Below, piece after piece: positions 1-12,409 of a stretch of 64,000 nt of DNA (positions are counted from its first letter, which is position 1; each line of letters starts with the position of its first letter). The position numbers and the translations under genes were made by a program. Source of the stretch: Eledone cirrhosa (taxonomy: Eukaryota). The stretch spans positions 241,800,001 to 241,864,000 of the forward strand of contig OZ024741.1 of the NCBI GenBank assembly GCA_964016885.1, written 5' to 3'. The notes under the pieces were generated by a model, which made no database searches, was not told the DNA's origin, and saw only the letters and a program-made list of their open reading frames with translations.

Positions 1-213
1 GTATAACGGATGACACCGAGCTCACATATTAATTATTTCGCTGGAATATTGCCTAAGGTTTTCATGTTTACATAAAGTACGTTTTTCTTCTATGTATTCA
101 AATTTACTTTGTTTAGTTTAATGAGCTACGTCGAAAGCTACTTGAACCGTCCAAAGGACGGGTAGTTTAGCTAGTATATATATATATATATATATATAAA
201 TATACGTACATAC

Positions 214-255
<42 letters not shown>

Positions 256-258
<3 letters not shown>

Positions 259-475
259 GGTTTCTACTTTAGATACAAGGCCTGCAATTGGGGAGAGGGG
301 AAAGTCGATTAAATTGACCTCAGTATATTACTGGTACTTTATTTTATCGAACCCGTAAGGATGAAAAATAAAGCTAACCTTGGCAGAATTTGAAACCTGA
401 ACGTAAAAAGACATAACTCTATGCGGCGAAGTATGTTGTCGGACACTCTACCGATTTCTCTCATTTTATCGCCCT
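256..475 (-). mobile_element. tRNA-derived SINE, family A (octopus OK-like), diverged copy
   Basis: Reverse complement matches the family seen at 52335-52740: B-box-like GTTTCAAATTC, central TTTTCATCCTTACGGGTTCGATAAAATAAAAGTACCAG, 3' GGCCTTGT...GTAGAAAC. Confidence 0.75.
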
Positions 476-480
476 AAAAA

Positions 481-980
481 TAATGGTTTCTGATTTAAGC
501 ACAAGGCCAGCAATTTTTGTTGAGGGGGAAAAATCGATTAAATCGTCTCCAATACATTCATTACAGTTACATTATTTGGCAGTTTTGGTAGAGAGTCAGA
601 CGCCATGTTTTCCAGCATAGTTACGCCCCTTTACGATCTGTGTTCAAATCCAGCCGAAGGTCGATAAAATAAAGTACCAGTAATGTACTGGGTAATTGCT
701 GGCCTTGTGCCAAAAGTAGAAACAATTATTTTATCGACCGCGACTGGATGAAAGGCAAAGCTAACCTCGGCGATATTTGCAGAATCGGTAGAGCGCCGGG
801 CAAAATATTGTGTGGTATTTAGCACCAACTTTCTACGTTCTGAGTTCAAATCCAACCGAGGTCGACTTTACCTTTCATTGTTGAGTGGTCGACAAATTAA
901 AGTACCAGCTATGTAATAGGGATTGATTTCATCGATTTTTTTCCCAACTCTTCAAATTGCAGGCCTTAAGCCTAAATTAG
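481..980. mobile_element. Cluster of family A SINE pieces (minus fragment 481-560, plus 577-727, minus fragment 729-775, plus 775-980)
   Basis: Repeated TGGCAG..GGTAGAG A-box-like head, GTTCAAATCC B-box and GTCGATAAAATAAAGTACCAG core. Confidence 0.7.
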
Positions 981-1153
981 GGGCCAGTTGTCATACATAG
1001 CCCCTAATTGAGAAGATCTTTAACTCCCGTTAGAAACGACCTTCACCTCCGGACGGGAGGCTATTAAATTCTAAGGTTTCACAAATGTAATTTTGGTATA
1101 TATATATATACACACACATACATACATGTATATAAATATATATATATATATAT

Positions 1154-1283
1154 AACGAATGAACTGTTGTAAGGAACCAGATGGACCATAACGCACCAGA
1201 GTACTCAATACTTAGTGTAGTAGAGTCCAGAAATAGCTGTCGAAACGGCTTGAGCTCTGCCGTCGGGGTCATACTTTTTCCTA
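1154..1283. mobile_element. HHR repeat family 2, fold-back fragment
   Basis: Shares GTAAGGAACCAGATGGACCATAA...GAGTACTCAATAC and AAATAGCYGTCGAAACGGCTTGAGCTCTGCCGTCGGGG with 8543, 47907 and 49300; flanked by (TA)n. Confidence 0.7.
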
Positions 1284-1737
1284 TATATATATATATATGT
1301 TATCATTCTTATCATCTCAGCGATAACGGTCTTCTCAGATTCTGAAAAGCATATCACCATGGTAACATTTTCAGATAAAATATCAATTTCACTGTAATTG
1401 TAGGAATGGTTTTACTTATTCTGTATTACACACACACACGCACGCATACATCTATATGTAAATATTTACGCTTAGAATTTCAAATGAGAACCACAAAACA
1501 CTCAATACATGTGTAGGAGGATTTATTTAATTCCATAACGTCGATGATTCTTTCTGTAACTATGAAAGGTTTCATACAATCTGTGAAGCCAAATCTTACA
1601 GCAAAGCTTGCTACAGAGAATCGAGCAACTAGGGAACGCACCATCGACCTTGTAATATTATATAAACTAATAAGTCTTAATGGACTTTCTATTTATGAAT
1701 CCCAGTATTTATCTTGTTTATTCTATATATATATATA

Positions 1738-1917
1738 CTGTATATGCCGGCATACAAGTCGATCCGGTGCACAGATCGGCCGCTAAAATTCTGAGGTGTA
1801 GCTTAGGTGAAGCAGCATGCATACTTCCACATTTTATATTCGGCGGACAAGTCGACCCCAGGTTTTGGAGAGATTTTTTTAGACTCCAAATGTCGACTTG
1901 TACGCCGGCATATACGG
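1738..1917. mobile_element. MITE, Tc2/pogo-like ends
   Basis: About 25 bp terminal inverted repeats CTGTATATGCCGGCATACAAGTCGA / TCGACTTGTACGCCGGCATATACGG, flanked by TA. Confidence 0.7.
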
Positions 1918-2274
1918 TATATATATATATATATATACAAGTTAATATAAATTAATATATGATAAACACATAAGTGTTTGTATTGTCAATGACCAAGTTA
2001 GCTAGATTGAAAAATACTAATTAAAATAAATATAGTTTGCCTGTCTCGATTTAAAATAATAAATCAATAAAAACAAACCCATATTGGCAATAACCGTGAT
2101 ACCTGGACATATTTAAATTTCAAAATACAAACCTGTTCCGTAGACAAATTTAAATTTCAAATCCCAAATATATTAATTTATATTAACTTGTATTTCACGG
2201 CTCAGAAATGCTTCTTTTTTTGAGCTAATTAATTGTAAAGGACTGTTTGAGTTTATAACTCTAAATATAATATA

Positions 2275-2337
<63 letters not shown>

Positions 2338-2375
2338 GTAGTCTGCTGGTATATATATCTATACTACAGATGTAG

Positions 2376-2406
<31 letters not shown>

Positions 2407-2469
2407 TTCCCAAGGCTCTGATACCATCAACACTGTACACACAGAGCTGGCATATCTAAGAACTGGCTA

Positions 2470-2525
2470 ACTGCCTGATGAGGTCATATCCATTCAATGG
2501 CTATCATCGAAATATATATAGCAGT
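2470..2525 (+). ncRNA. Type I hammerhead ribozyme, canonical core
   Basis: ACTGC-CTGATGA-[G..C stem II with CCAT/ATGG]-GAAA-TATATA-TA-GCAGT; 5 bp stem I, palindromic stem III, AATAAA immediately downstream. Confidence 0.8.
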
Positions 2526-2600
2526 AAATAAAGGATTATGAGTTCCTGCAATTGACTCATGTTTCGTCACTATATATATATATATATATATACATATATA

Positions 2601-2811
2601 AAGAAAAAGAGATGAAATCGAAAATGCAACTGGAGTCTTATTTTTTTTTTAAATATATATATTTCTAGAAAAACCACAGACCCTCCATCTCAACTCACCT
2701 TTTGAAAAGCAGAAGAACTACGAAACCGGTAAAGGAACCAAATAAATATATATATTTAAAAAAAAAATAAGACTCCAGTTGCATTTTCGATTTCATCTCT
2801 TTTTCTTTATA
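2601..2811. repeat. About 65 bp inverted repeat (2601-2664 / 2741-2811) enclosing an HHR
   Basis: AAGAAAAAGAGATGAAATCGAAAATGCAACTGGAGTCTTA versus TAAGACTCCAGTTGCATTTTCGATTTCATCTCTTTTTCTT. Confidence 0.85.
2698..2735 (+). ncRNA. Type I hammerhead ribozyme, U3-A8 core variant
   Basis: CCTT-TTGAAAA-GCAG aagaa CTAC-GAAA-CCGG-TA-AAGG; 4 bp stem I, palindromic stem III. Confidence 0.7.
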
Positions 2812-2867
2812 CTTTCACTCGTGTAGGACACCTCGGTTATTTTTCATTTTGTAAAAAAAAACCTCAC

Positions 2868-3100
<233 letters not shown>

Positions 3101-3317
3101 TATGTATATGTATGTATAGTACACATATTACATCAATAAAAATCTTCTCACTTTATTACAGAAAACTAAAGTTTTTCTACCCTTTAAACAACCAATTCCT
3201 TCAACGCTTATTCTCCCCAAAGACTTCTTTCCAAGCATTCTTAAATATTTAGATTTCTGTGAAAACCATCAACCTGTCTACCCTACTCTTGAAACTAGTA
3301 TTCACTGGGGACCGGCT

Positions 3318-3386
<69 letters not shown>

Positions 3387-3560
3387 ATTTATATATATAT
3401 ATACACACACACACAAGGGAACAAGCAAGGGCTTGAAAAACATCATGTTTGTCTGGTTGATGCCGTTTTAATTTGGATTGCCTCGAGAACAAAAACCTTA
3501 TCAATAAAGGACTTTTTCATCTGCAACTAATTCCCATTTTCTAATTCTGTATATATATAT

Positions 3561-3562
<2 letters not shown>

Positions 3563-3596
<34 letters not shown>

Positions 3597-3742
3597 TTCG
3601 TTTAACATCCATCTTCCACGCTGGCATGGGTTAGACGGGAGTTGTCCCACTTGAAGCAAGGTTAGTTGGGTGATCGTGTCTCGCTCATATATGACTATCT
3701 GGCAGGTTTTCTATGGCTGGATGCCCTTCCTAACACCAACCA
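3563..3742 (-). mobile_element. RTE LINE 3' UTR fragment with (GAT)n tail
   Basis: Matches the 3' end of the RTE copy at 51397-52125 (GGTGTTAGGAAGGGCATCCAGC...GGAYGTTAAAC(GAT)n). Confidence 0.75.
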
Positions 3743-4235
3743 TATATATATACATATATAATTTGTATTTTCCAATCAAATCCCTGTAAATTATAGACAA
3801 TTTCCTTAATCTTTAACACGCCAGAAATTTTTATGAATTGCTTCTCTTGACAATGTATTACGTATTAAGGGGAGATTACTCTATCGGTGACTTAATGCAC
3901 CTGGAGCCTCCAGAATCTTAAATGAGCAGCTGGTCCCAGTAGGTTATCAATGTTGCCACTACTTCAGCAGAAGATAGAACTTGTACTGGTTGGTATCAGA
4001 TTTTAACAGCAGCATAATGAAGTAATCAAGTGGTACATATCTACCTATATATACATCTTATTTACATAACTTTCTGTTTGTGTGTACAGCATATATATAT
4101 ATATATATATATATACCAAAGCACTACCAAAACCAGTGAGCTATTTTTTCATACTCTACAAATATTACTACACCCTTGAAAAGGCTTGCTGAAACACATA
4201 AGCCATAACTGCTTGGTGACATGGTCAGGATTTTA

Positions 4236-4381
<146 letters not shown>

Positions 4382-4424
4382 TGTGTCTGTGAGATTGTGT
4401 GTATATACTGTAAAGAGGTTGTGT

Positions 4425-4690
4425 AGGTGTCACAACAAAAAAGCACCCAGTCCACACTCTAAAGTGGTCGTGTAGGCGCCACAGTAAAAAAAAAGCACAA
4501 AGTGCTCACTGTAAATTAGGTTGGTATTAGGAATGGCATCCAGCTGTAGAAATCAAGCCAAAACCAGTTTTGTATGAGCAAGACATGGTAACCTGACCAG
4601 GCATTGCCCACAACCGGACAACTCATCTAACCGATGCTAGCGTGGAAGAATGGACATAAAACAGTGATGATGATGATGACGATGATGATT
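4425..4690 (+). mobile_element. RTE LINE 3' UTR fragment with (GAT)n tail
   Basis: AAAAAGCACCCAG modules, TTAGGAATGGCATCCAGCTGTAGAAA, GATGATGAT end. Confidence 0.7.
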
Positions 4691-4865
4691 TTCTATATAT
4701 ATATAAGATATACATATATAATCTCCCCCCCCCCCCCACACACACACACCACCTCTCTCTCTCTATATATATATATATGTAAAAGGTAAACAGAAATAAC
4801 AACACAATCGGTACAGTATATGGAAGGAATATATTAGGTTAACGCTTGAAATAGCAGGAAGAGGG

Positions 4866-4901
4866 TCTTAACGTTTTGGATGCTCGTCCTTCATCAGAAG
4901 A
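4866..4901 (-). ncRNA. Degenerate type I hammerhead (GAAA changed to AAAA)
   Basis: Minus strand TCTT-CTGATGA-AGGACGAGCATCC-AAAA-CG-TT-AAGA; CGAAA to CAAAA fits CpG decay. Confidence 0.55.
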
Positions 4902-5299
4902 AAGAATAAGAAATCAGAAAGATGGCAGGAACGAGCGGGGTGGAATTGGAAAAAAAATGTTTTTAGAGAAAAATAACAGGTCTATTCATGTCGCCATCTC
5001 TAATACCCCCGTCCATTATTACATACGCGCTTGTACATTCACCCCTAGATTCCTATGGCTCTCTTACGGTCAGAAATATATACTCTTACAGCTGATACAG
5101 ACTAACAAATATGCACACACACCTCCACTTTTCCCTTCACAGCTCTGTATACACACACACACACAGTTTTATTAACATACTTTTGCTCATAGCTTCGTAC
5201 TTACAAGCATACACACACTCTCTTACTTACATATACACACACATATCCTCTTAGCTTTGTATGGATGTATAATAACATATATACACACACATGTGCACG

Positions 5300-5365
<66 letters not shown>

Positions 5366-5529
5366 AAAGAGAGAAAAAGATACATGCATATATTTCCATA
5401 CACACAGATCTGTCTTTATATATCTGATATATCTGTGTAAGCTTTATTTCACCAAAGAGATTGAATGAATGGATATGTAAGATGGTTGGCCAGATGAAAG
5501 AAACGAGGGGAAGAATGTGAAAAAGAAAA

Positions 5530-5869
5530 TGATGATGGTGATGATGATGATAATTGTAGGGGGGGGTAAGGTGGGGATTGTGACGATGTTTGTGGTAATG
5601 ATGATGTTATCAGTGTTGATGATGATGATGATGATGATGATGATAATTGTAGGGGAGTAAGGTGGGCATGGTGACGATGTTTGTGGTAATGATGATGTTA
5701 TCAGTGTTGATGATGGTGATGATGATGATGATAATTGTAGGGGGGGGCATAAGGTGGGGATGGTGACGATGTTTGTGGTAATGATGATGTTATCAGTGTT
5801 GATGATGGTGATGATGATGATGATGATGATGGTCGTTGTGTTGATGATGAAGATGAAGATCAGGATGCT

Positions 5870-5906
<37 letters not shown>

Positions 5907-6060
5907 TTGATGTTAGTGGTGGTGGTGGTGGTGATGGTGCTGCTGTTGTTATTGGTGGTGTTGTTGTTGGTTGTGGTGCTGCTGATGGTATTGATAATGA
6001 GGAAGATGATGATGATGGTGGGGTGATGGTGATGAGTATGGTTGTGATGATGGCATTGGT
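5530..6060. repeat. (GAT)/(GGT)-rich low-complexity region with an ~85 bp unit repeated three times
   Basis: TAAGGTGGGGATGGTGACGATGTTTGTGGTAATGATGATGTTATCAGTG recurs three times. Confidence 0.85.
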
Positions 6061-6075
6061 GCTGGGGCTAGTGTT

Positions 6076-6455
6076 GGTATTCTTGGTGGTAGTGGCGGCG
6101 ATGGGGGTATTCTTGGTGGTAGTGGCGGCGATGGGGGTATTCTTGGTGGTAGTGGCGGCGATGGGGTATTCTTGGTGGTAGTGGGGGCGATGGGGTATTC
6201 TTGGTGGTAGTGGGGGCGATGGGGTATTCTTGGTGGTAGTGGGGGCGATGGGGTATTGTTGGTGGCAGTGGGGCGATGGGGTATTCTTGGTGGTAGTGGG
6301 GGCGATGGGGTATTCTTGGTGGTAGTGGCGGCGATGGGGTATTGTTAGTGGCAGTGGGGGCGATGGGGTATTCTTGGTGGTAGTGGGGGCGATGGGGTAT
6401 TCTTGGTGGTAGTGGGGGCGATGGGGTATTCTTGGTGGTAGTGGGGGCGATGGGG
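6076..6455. repeat. 29-30 bp G-rich minisatellite
   Basis: Unit GGTATTCTTGGTGGTAGTGGGGGCGATGGG, about 12-13 copies. Confidence 0.9.
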
Positions 6456-7476
6456 TGGAGGGTGAGACGGGTTGTAGTGGTATATGGTGGAACTGAAGGT
6501 GGCGGTGCCGATGGTATTTGTGATAGTGGTGGTGATGGTGGCGTTGTTGTCTGTGTTAATGGTAGTGATAGTAGTGTTGGAGGAGGTGGTAGTGGAGTTA
6601 ATGGTGGTCTTTGTGGTGATGGTGGCGTTGTTGTCTGTGTTAATGGTAGTGATAGTAGTGTTGGAGGAGGTGGTAGTGGAGTTAATGGTGGTCTTTGTGG
6701 TGATGGTGGCAGTGGTGTTTGTGGTGGTTGATGATGATGACGAATGTAGTGATGCTGCTGGCAACAATGATAATGATGTTGACGATGACGATGAAGTAAC
6801 AGTACATACCACTTTAACAGATGCAGAAAAAATTATCATTTTTCTCTCAAAACACATTGCAGCACAAATCTCAATAAAAATAAATAGATATATAGTTAAA
6901 TAAATAAACAAAAAAATAATAAAAGAAAATATAAGATAACCAGAAGAACTATGTAAAATACAGGAATGGTTTCTTTTAATCCTTATAAGAAAATATTTCC
7001 CATCAACCCAAAAAATTTAACTCTAGATATTCTTCAGCTTCACCACAAAAAAAAAAATAAAATTGACAAAAAAATTGATTGGTAAGTTCTAGCTGCCAAT
7101 GTAATGTTGATAACATCTTCAAAAAACTTGTATAGAAGATAAACATAGTTCAAGTAGTAGAGCTGCTGCCAAAAAATGACTTTTTCCTTCTCTTGAAATG
7201 AAAATGTCTTGAAAAAAGTAATTCTGTACTTCCATATCGAACCAGCTTCACCAATCATAAAAGAAAAAAAAGAAAAATTTACCTCAACAAAAATAAACGT
7301 GGAATATTCTGAATAATTACACTGTATTTGACCCCTATTTTTTTTAATACGATAGGCACACTTATCCTAATAAAATTACTATCAATCTAAAACAGGGTTA
7401 TATATGTCATATGTCTGTCTGTATATATATACATCTGTCTGTATATATAATGTGTATGTATATATATGTATATTTA

Positions 7477-7510
<34 letters not shown>

Positions 7511-7512
<2 letters not shown>

Positions 7513-7950
7513 ATCATCACCGTTTTACGTCCGTTCTTCCACGCTAGCATGGGTTAGACGGGTTGTCCTGTTGTGGGCAGTGTCTGGTCGGCTGACCATG
7601 CCTTGCTCATACAGGAACTGATCTGGCTTGATTTCTACAGCTGGATGCCCTTCCTAACACCAACCTCATTTACAGTGAGTGCTGGGTGCTTTTTCGTGGC
7701 GCCTACACATCCACTTTACAGTGTGGGCTGGGTGCTTTTTTGCCGTGGCACCTCCACGACCACCTTGCGGTGGGGGGGGGGGGGGGCATATTGTTTATAT
7801 GCTTCAGCATGTACCCATGGGAGGTCGGGTACCCTGTATTACTGCGTGACGCCAGAAGTCACGGTCGTGTGTCATTGACTTTGAGAGGTGTAGTTGGGTA
7901 AGGTCGGCTTTTATCACCTCATCCCAAGTCATCTTGGGTCTCCCCACTCC
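7511..7950 (-). mobile_element. 5'-truncated RTE LINE (ORF C-terminus plus 3' UTR)
   Basis: Minus strand translates RGVGRPKMTWDEVIKADLTQLHLSKSMTHDRDFWRHAV; ends in (GAT)n; near-identical to 62154-62583. Confidence 0.85.
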
Positions 7951-8058
7951 GCGGTATATATATATATATATTCATCAATATACATAAAAATACATACAAA
8001 TATATATATATATGACAGTTACAACTGCGATTTATACCTATTATATATATATATATAC

Positions 8059-8161
8059 ACAGAATGTCCCCCCCCAAAATGTATACACACTTCAATAGCA
8101 TTCTAATAAATATTGCCTTTACAGGTAATCAAAGTATGTATACATTTTTTGGGACACCCTA
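8059..8161. mobile_element. About 100 bp Tc1/mariner-type MITE
   Basis: CAG..TGTCCC...GGGACACCCT termini; second copy at 47313-47408 in opposite orientation. Confidence 0.65.
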
Positions 8162-8488
8162 TATATGTTAGTTATCATAATGATGTTATGATGTTTGGAT
8201 GTTTTTCGCCAGGAGATTTCCTACTCTTACGTATATATATTTTATCTAGTCTCTAAGGATAAATGAACGATGGGAAATTAAGTGTTAAGGTAAATTCATT
8301 GATTTAATTGTCAGATTATGATATATATAGATATATCTCTACATATTAAATATGGAGTTGAAGTGAAATTCTTGCTATTTACTTTTTCCACATTTCATAA
8401 GGTAAGGACTGAAACAGTTGCTTGAATGGGGGTGGGGGTTCTTCTCTGAAGACATTCTGCTGTCCAGTTTTATCACTGCAAGGCTATG

Positions 8489-8542
<54 letters not shown>

Positions 8543-8545
<3 letters not shown>

Positions 8546-8700
8546 AAGCGGTAAGACCCCGGCGTCCAGAATTAGCCGTCGAAACGGCTTGAGCTCAGCC
8601 GTCGAGGTCTTACTGGTTCCTATTACCCACTCTACTACCCTAAGTATTGAGTACTTTGGTACGTTATGGTCCACCTGGTTCCTTACCACATTGCCTTCGT

Positions 8701-8702
<2 letters not shown>
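8543..8702 (+). mobile_element. HHR repeat family 2 copy with short 5' fold-back
   Basis: GTAAGACC...GGTCTTAC hairpin around GAAACGGCTTGAGCTCAGCCGTC; flanked by (TA)n. Confidence 0.7.
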
Positions 8703-8731
<29 letters not shown>

Positions 8732-8762
8732 CAAACAAGACGGACACTCTATCTCAAAATTA

Positions 8763-8800
8763 TTTTTGAAAAGCATTTAGAAATGCGCAACCGGTAAAAA
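8763..8800 (+). ncRNA. Degenerate U3-A8 hammerhead (GAAA changed to GCAA)
   Basis: TTT-TTGAAAA-GCATTT ag AAATGC-GCAA-CCGG-TA-AAA. Confidence 0.5.
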
Positions 8801-8917
8801 CTTAAAAACTTAAAACCACAACTGAATACTAACCCATACAATCACTAATACTCTTTTATTCCTAATTAAACCATTTTTCAACTGTGAACAATTTGTCAGC
8901 ATTTTCTATTCCGTTTG

Positions 8918-8952
<35 letters not shown>

Positions 8953-9088
8953 AGTGTAATTTTCTACACAAAACGAAGGTTATAGAGAAAATTGAGGTTG
9001 GTAATGGCACATGGAATATATAAGAGACAGAATACTTTTTTGTGAAAAAACATAATTTTATAAGGTAAGGAAATAATAAAGGGTATAA

Positions 9089-9136
9089 AAAATGACCGGT
9101 TTCGATGGGTCTGAAAAAGCCATCTTTTCAAATGTT
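9089..9136 (-). ncRNA. Type I hammerhead, U3-A8 variant, weak stem I
   Basis: Minus strand AACAT-TTGAAAA-GATGG..CCATC-GAAA-CCGG-TC-ATTTT. Confidence 0.6.
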
Positions 9137-9514
9137 GATTAATATTAAGAAAAATTAATAATACGAAGAGTTAAAATTTGAGACTTGAAAATTCAAGTAT
9201 AAAATTCATTGTGGGATTTCATAGCAGTTTTCATCTAGGTAGCAACAACAGGTTGACTGCTGTGTCCCTTTCTGGTAGTGAATGAGAAGTTATTTGGGGT
9301 GTGGGTTATTTTATAAAGGTCAGATTTAGCAATAGCCAGCTGCTGGTCAGTGAGGGGGTGGAAGCAATATACACACACATACCTTCATCCACACATACAT
9401 ACACATACATATACATATATATATATATATATATATACATATACACACATACATACACACACACATATACATATACATACACACATACACACACACACAC
9501 ATATATATACACAT

Positions 9515-9573
<59 letters not shown>

Positions 9574-9604
9574 TATATATACATACACATACATCCAGAT
9601 ACAC

Positions 9605-9714
<110 letters not shown>

Positions 9715-9770
9715 CCCCACACATACATACACACACACATATATATATATACATACACACATACAAACAT

Positions 9771-9801
<31 letters not shown>

Positions 9802-10407
9802 CACACATACACACACATATATATACACACACACACACACACACATGCATATATATATATATATACACATACGCATACATCCAGATACCCACATACATAC
9901 ACACACACACACACACACAATACATACATCCACATGCACACACATACTCACACACACACACACACACATACATACACCCACACACAGAGAAATGGCCTTC
10001 AAATATATATATATATATATACATACAGACACATATATTTTTTCCATAATATAAGAAGTTGGGGCAGTGAAATTAAAATAATTCTGTGTGCGCATATATA
10101 TATAGATATACGTGTGTGCACGTGCATGGATGTGTTAGTCACACAAAGGCATGGTCTGTCAATGAATAAACCTGATTCTACAGAATTGGTCTCTGGTCTT
10201 TAATAGTAGTGATTCCGTGCGTATGTGTGTTTATATTTTATGACAATTCTATTGGGGTGATAACCCGTTTAGTTTTGGTTTAAATTTGTTAAGGAATAGA
10301 TTTTCTTTGTTTATTCTTTGTTGTTGTGTGAACGAATCTGAGCACTTGTAGAAGGGGAAGATTTTAAAGTTGGGTAGTGTCATTCCTGCGCAGTTCGCAA
10401 TATGGCT

Positions 10408-10515
10408 GCTCACGCCGAGGTTAACTTTGCCTTTCATCCTTACGGGGTCGATAAAATAAAGTACCAGTAATGTACTGGGTAATTGCTGGCCTTGTGCCTA
10501 AAGTAGAAACAATTA
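10408..10515 (+). mobile_element. Family A SINE 3' half
   Basis: GCCGAGGTTAACTTTGCCTTTCATCCTTACGGGGTCGATAAAATAAAGTACCAG. Confidence 0.75.
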
Positions 10516-10712
10516 TATATATATATATCCTGCCCACACTATAAATGTCGTTGACACTAGGAAAGGAATCCAGCCATAGAAATCTAGCCAGAAACAGTCC
10601 TATATGAGCAAGACATGGTCACCCGACCCAACTTGCCTTGAATGGGACAACCTGTCTAACCCATGTTAGCATGGAAAATGGACGTTAAATGATGATGATA
10701 TATATATATACG

Positions 10713-11105
10713 AAGGCACATGGCTTAGTGGTTTGAGCATTGGGCTTCCAATCGAAAGGTTGTGAGTTCAATTCTCAGACCGAGTGATGTGTTGTTTCCT
10801 TGAGCAAGACACTTTATTTCACATTGCTCCAATTTACTCAGCTGTAAAAATGAAATGATAGGACTGGGGGCCCTATCATTCCACTGCAAAGTGGTTGTAG
10901 AGGTGCCATGGCAAAAAAGCACCCAGCACTCACTGTAAATGAGGTTTGTGTTAGGAAGGGCATCCAGCTGTAGAAATCAAGCCAGAATCAGTTTCCGAAT
11001 GAGCAAGACACGGTCAGCCGACTAGACACTGCCCACAACAGGACAACCCGTCTAACCCATGTTAGCGTGGAAGAATGGACGTAAAACGGTGATGATGATT
11101 ATGAT
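10713..11105 (+). mobile_element. tRNA-derived SINE, family B (CORE-like middle, RTE-derived tail)
   Basis: A-box TGGCTTAGTGG, B-box GAGTTCAATTC, CCTTGAGCAAGACACTT, then RTE 3' UTR and (GAT)n. Confidence 0.85.
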
Positions 11106-11230
11106 GATATATATACATATATCATCATCATCATCATCATCGTTTAACGTCCATCTTCCACGCTTGCATGGGTTTGGACGGGAGTTTTCTCACTTGAGGC
11201 AAGAGTGGTTGTCTTGCTCACATAGGACTA

Positions 11231-11262
<32 letters not shown>

Positions 11263-11263
<1 letters not shown>

Positions 11264-11443
11264 GTTATTCCGGGTTGAATCGGAGGTAGCCACAGTAAGT
11301 AAGGTACTCAATACATAGCAGAGTATAAAAGTTTTAATATAGATGAGATTCTACAGGACTAGAACTGTTTCATTCTTTAGAAATCATCAGGAATTCCTGA
11401 TGATTTCTAAAGAATGAAACAGTTCTAGTCCTGTAGAATCTCA

Positions 11444-11452
<9 letters not shown>
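11263..11452. mobile_element. HHR repeat family 1 copy ending in a perfect ~118 bp palindrome (11335-11452)
   Basis: Palindrome centred on GGAATTCC; remainder is the reverse complement of 21120-21194; flanked by (TA)n. Confidence 0.85.
11393..11439 (+). ncRNA. Type I hammerhead, family 1 (mirror copy on minus strand 11348-11394)
   Basis: ATTC-CTGATGA-tTTCtaaaGAAt-GAAA-CAG ttctagtc CTG-TA-GAAT. Confidence 0.7.
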
Positions 11453-11492
<40 letters not shown>

Positions 11493-11511
11493 TATATATA
11501 TATATATTTAT

Positions 11512-11800
11512 ATCATCATCCCATTTAATGTCCATTTTTCCACAATGGCATGGGTTAGACGAGTTGTCCTGTTGTGGGCAATGCCAGGTTAGGTGAGCAT
11601 GTCTTGCTCATACAGAACTGATTTTGGTTTGGTTTCTACAGCTGGATGTTCTTCCTAGTTACAACCTCATTTACAGTGAGTGCTGGGTGCTTTTTGCCGT
11701 GACACCTACACGACCACTTTAGAATGTAGGCTGGAGCTTTTTTTCCCATGCTGTCATCACAATCACTTTACAGTGTGGGCTGGGTGTTTTTTGTCTTGTC
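11512..11800 (-). mobile_element. RTE 3' UTR fragment
   Basis: TTTCTACAGCTGGATG..TTCCTA and TTACAGTGAGTGCTGGGTGCTTTTT modules. Confidence 0.7.
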
Positions 11801-11844
11801 CCCATCATGATGACTTTGATGATGATATATATATATATATATAT

Positions 11845-12388
11845 TTTTTAATTTATTTTGAAAAATTGGTTGAATTTTACTTGTTCTGCTTATCTTAATA
11901 TTAAAGTTCTGGTATATCAAATTAATACCATTGAACAACCTTGAATCATAGACAACCTATGTATTTCTCGGGGTACTTAGTATCCTTGGACATATTAACT
12001 TCATTCATTATTCTCCGTTATGTAGAGAACAAATCTGTTGTTCTATTTAGCTGCTATATTTTTTTTAGTAGTAATTATAGACAGCAAGTCTGTGGTTTCC
12101 CGCTTTTACTTCGGACCGGTTTACATATGGGTCACTTTCACGACCTTTCAGACCTGTGTTAGCTGGCAGCAGGTCATATATTTTATTGTTCCTGGGTCTT
12201 TTAGCCCTAGGAAAGGAAAATGCTTCTCTGATGAGCTTTGGTTTTCCATCAGATATCCATCGGATTTCTGGGGTTTTACAAAGCGAAACTGATCAGTAAG
12301 GGCCATTAAAAGAGATAAATATTTATATTATATTTTTTAATTTATTTTGAAAAATTGTTTGAATTTTACTTGTTCTGCTTATCTTAAT
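11845..12388 (+). mobile_element. HHR-bearing element with ~55 bp terminal direct repeat (unit ~489 bp)
   Basis: TTTAATTTATTTTGAAAAATTG.TTGAATTTTACTTGTTCTGCTTATCTTAATAT at both ends; flanked by (TA)n. Confidence 0.75.
12219..12307 (+). ncRNA. Type I hammerhead with extended stem II
   Basis: AATGCTTCT-CTGATGA-GCTTTG..CAAAGC-GAAA-CTGATCAG-TA-AGGGCCATT; 8 of 9 stem I pairs (two G-U), palindromic stem III. Confidence 0.8.
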
Positions 12389-12409
12389 ATATATATATAT
12401 ATATATTAG

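Noticed and set aside
111-147. TTAATGA..CGAAAGCTA hammerhead-like string
   Set aside because: Two core mismatches and stem I not in register
6345-6911. 188 aa ORF resembling a secreted mucin
   Set aside because: Mostly trinucleotide and minisatellite repeats, GTG/TTG-type start, no domain evidence
10713-10790. tRNA-like sequence
   Set aside because: It is the head of a SINE continuing into CORE-like and RTE tail sequence; no complete cloverleaf
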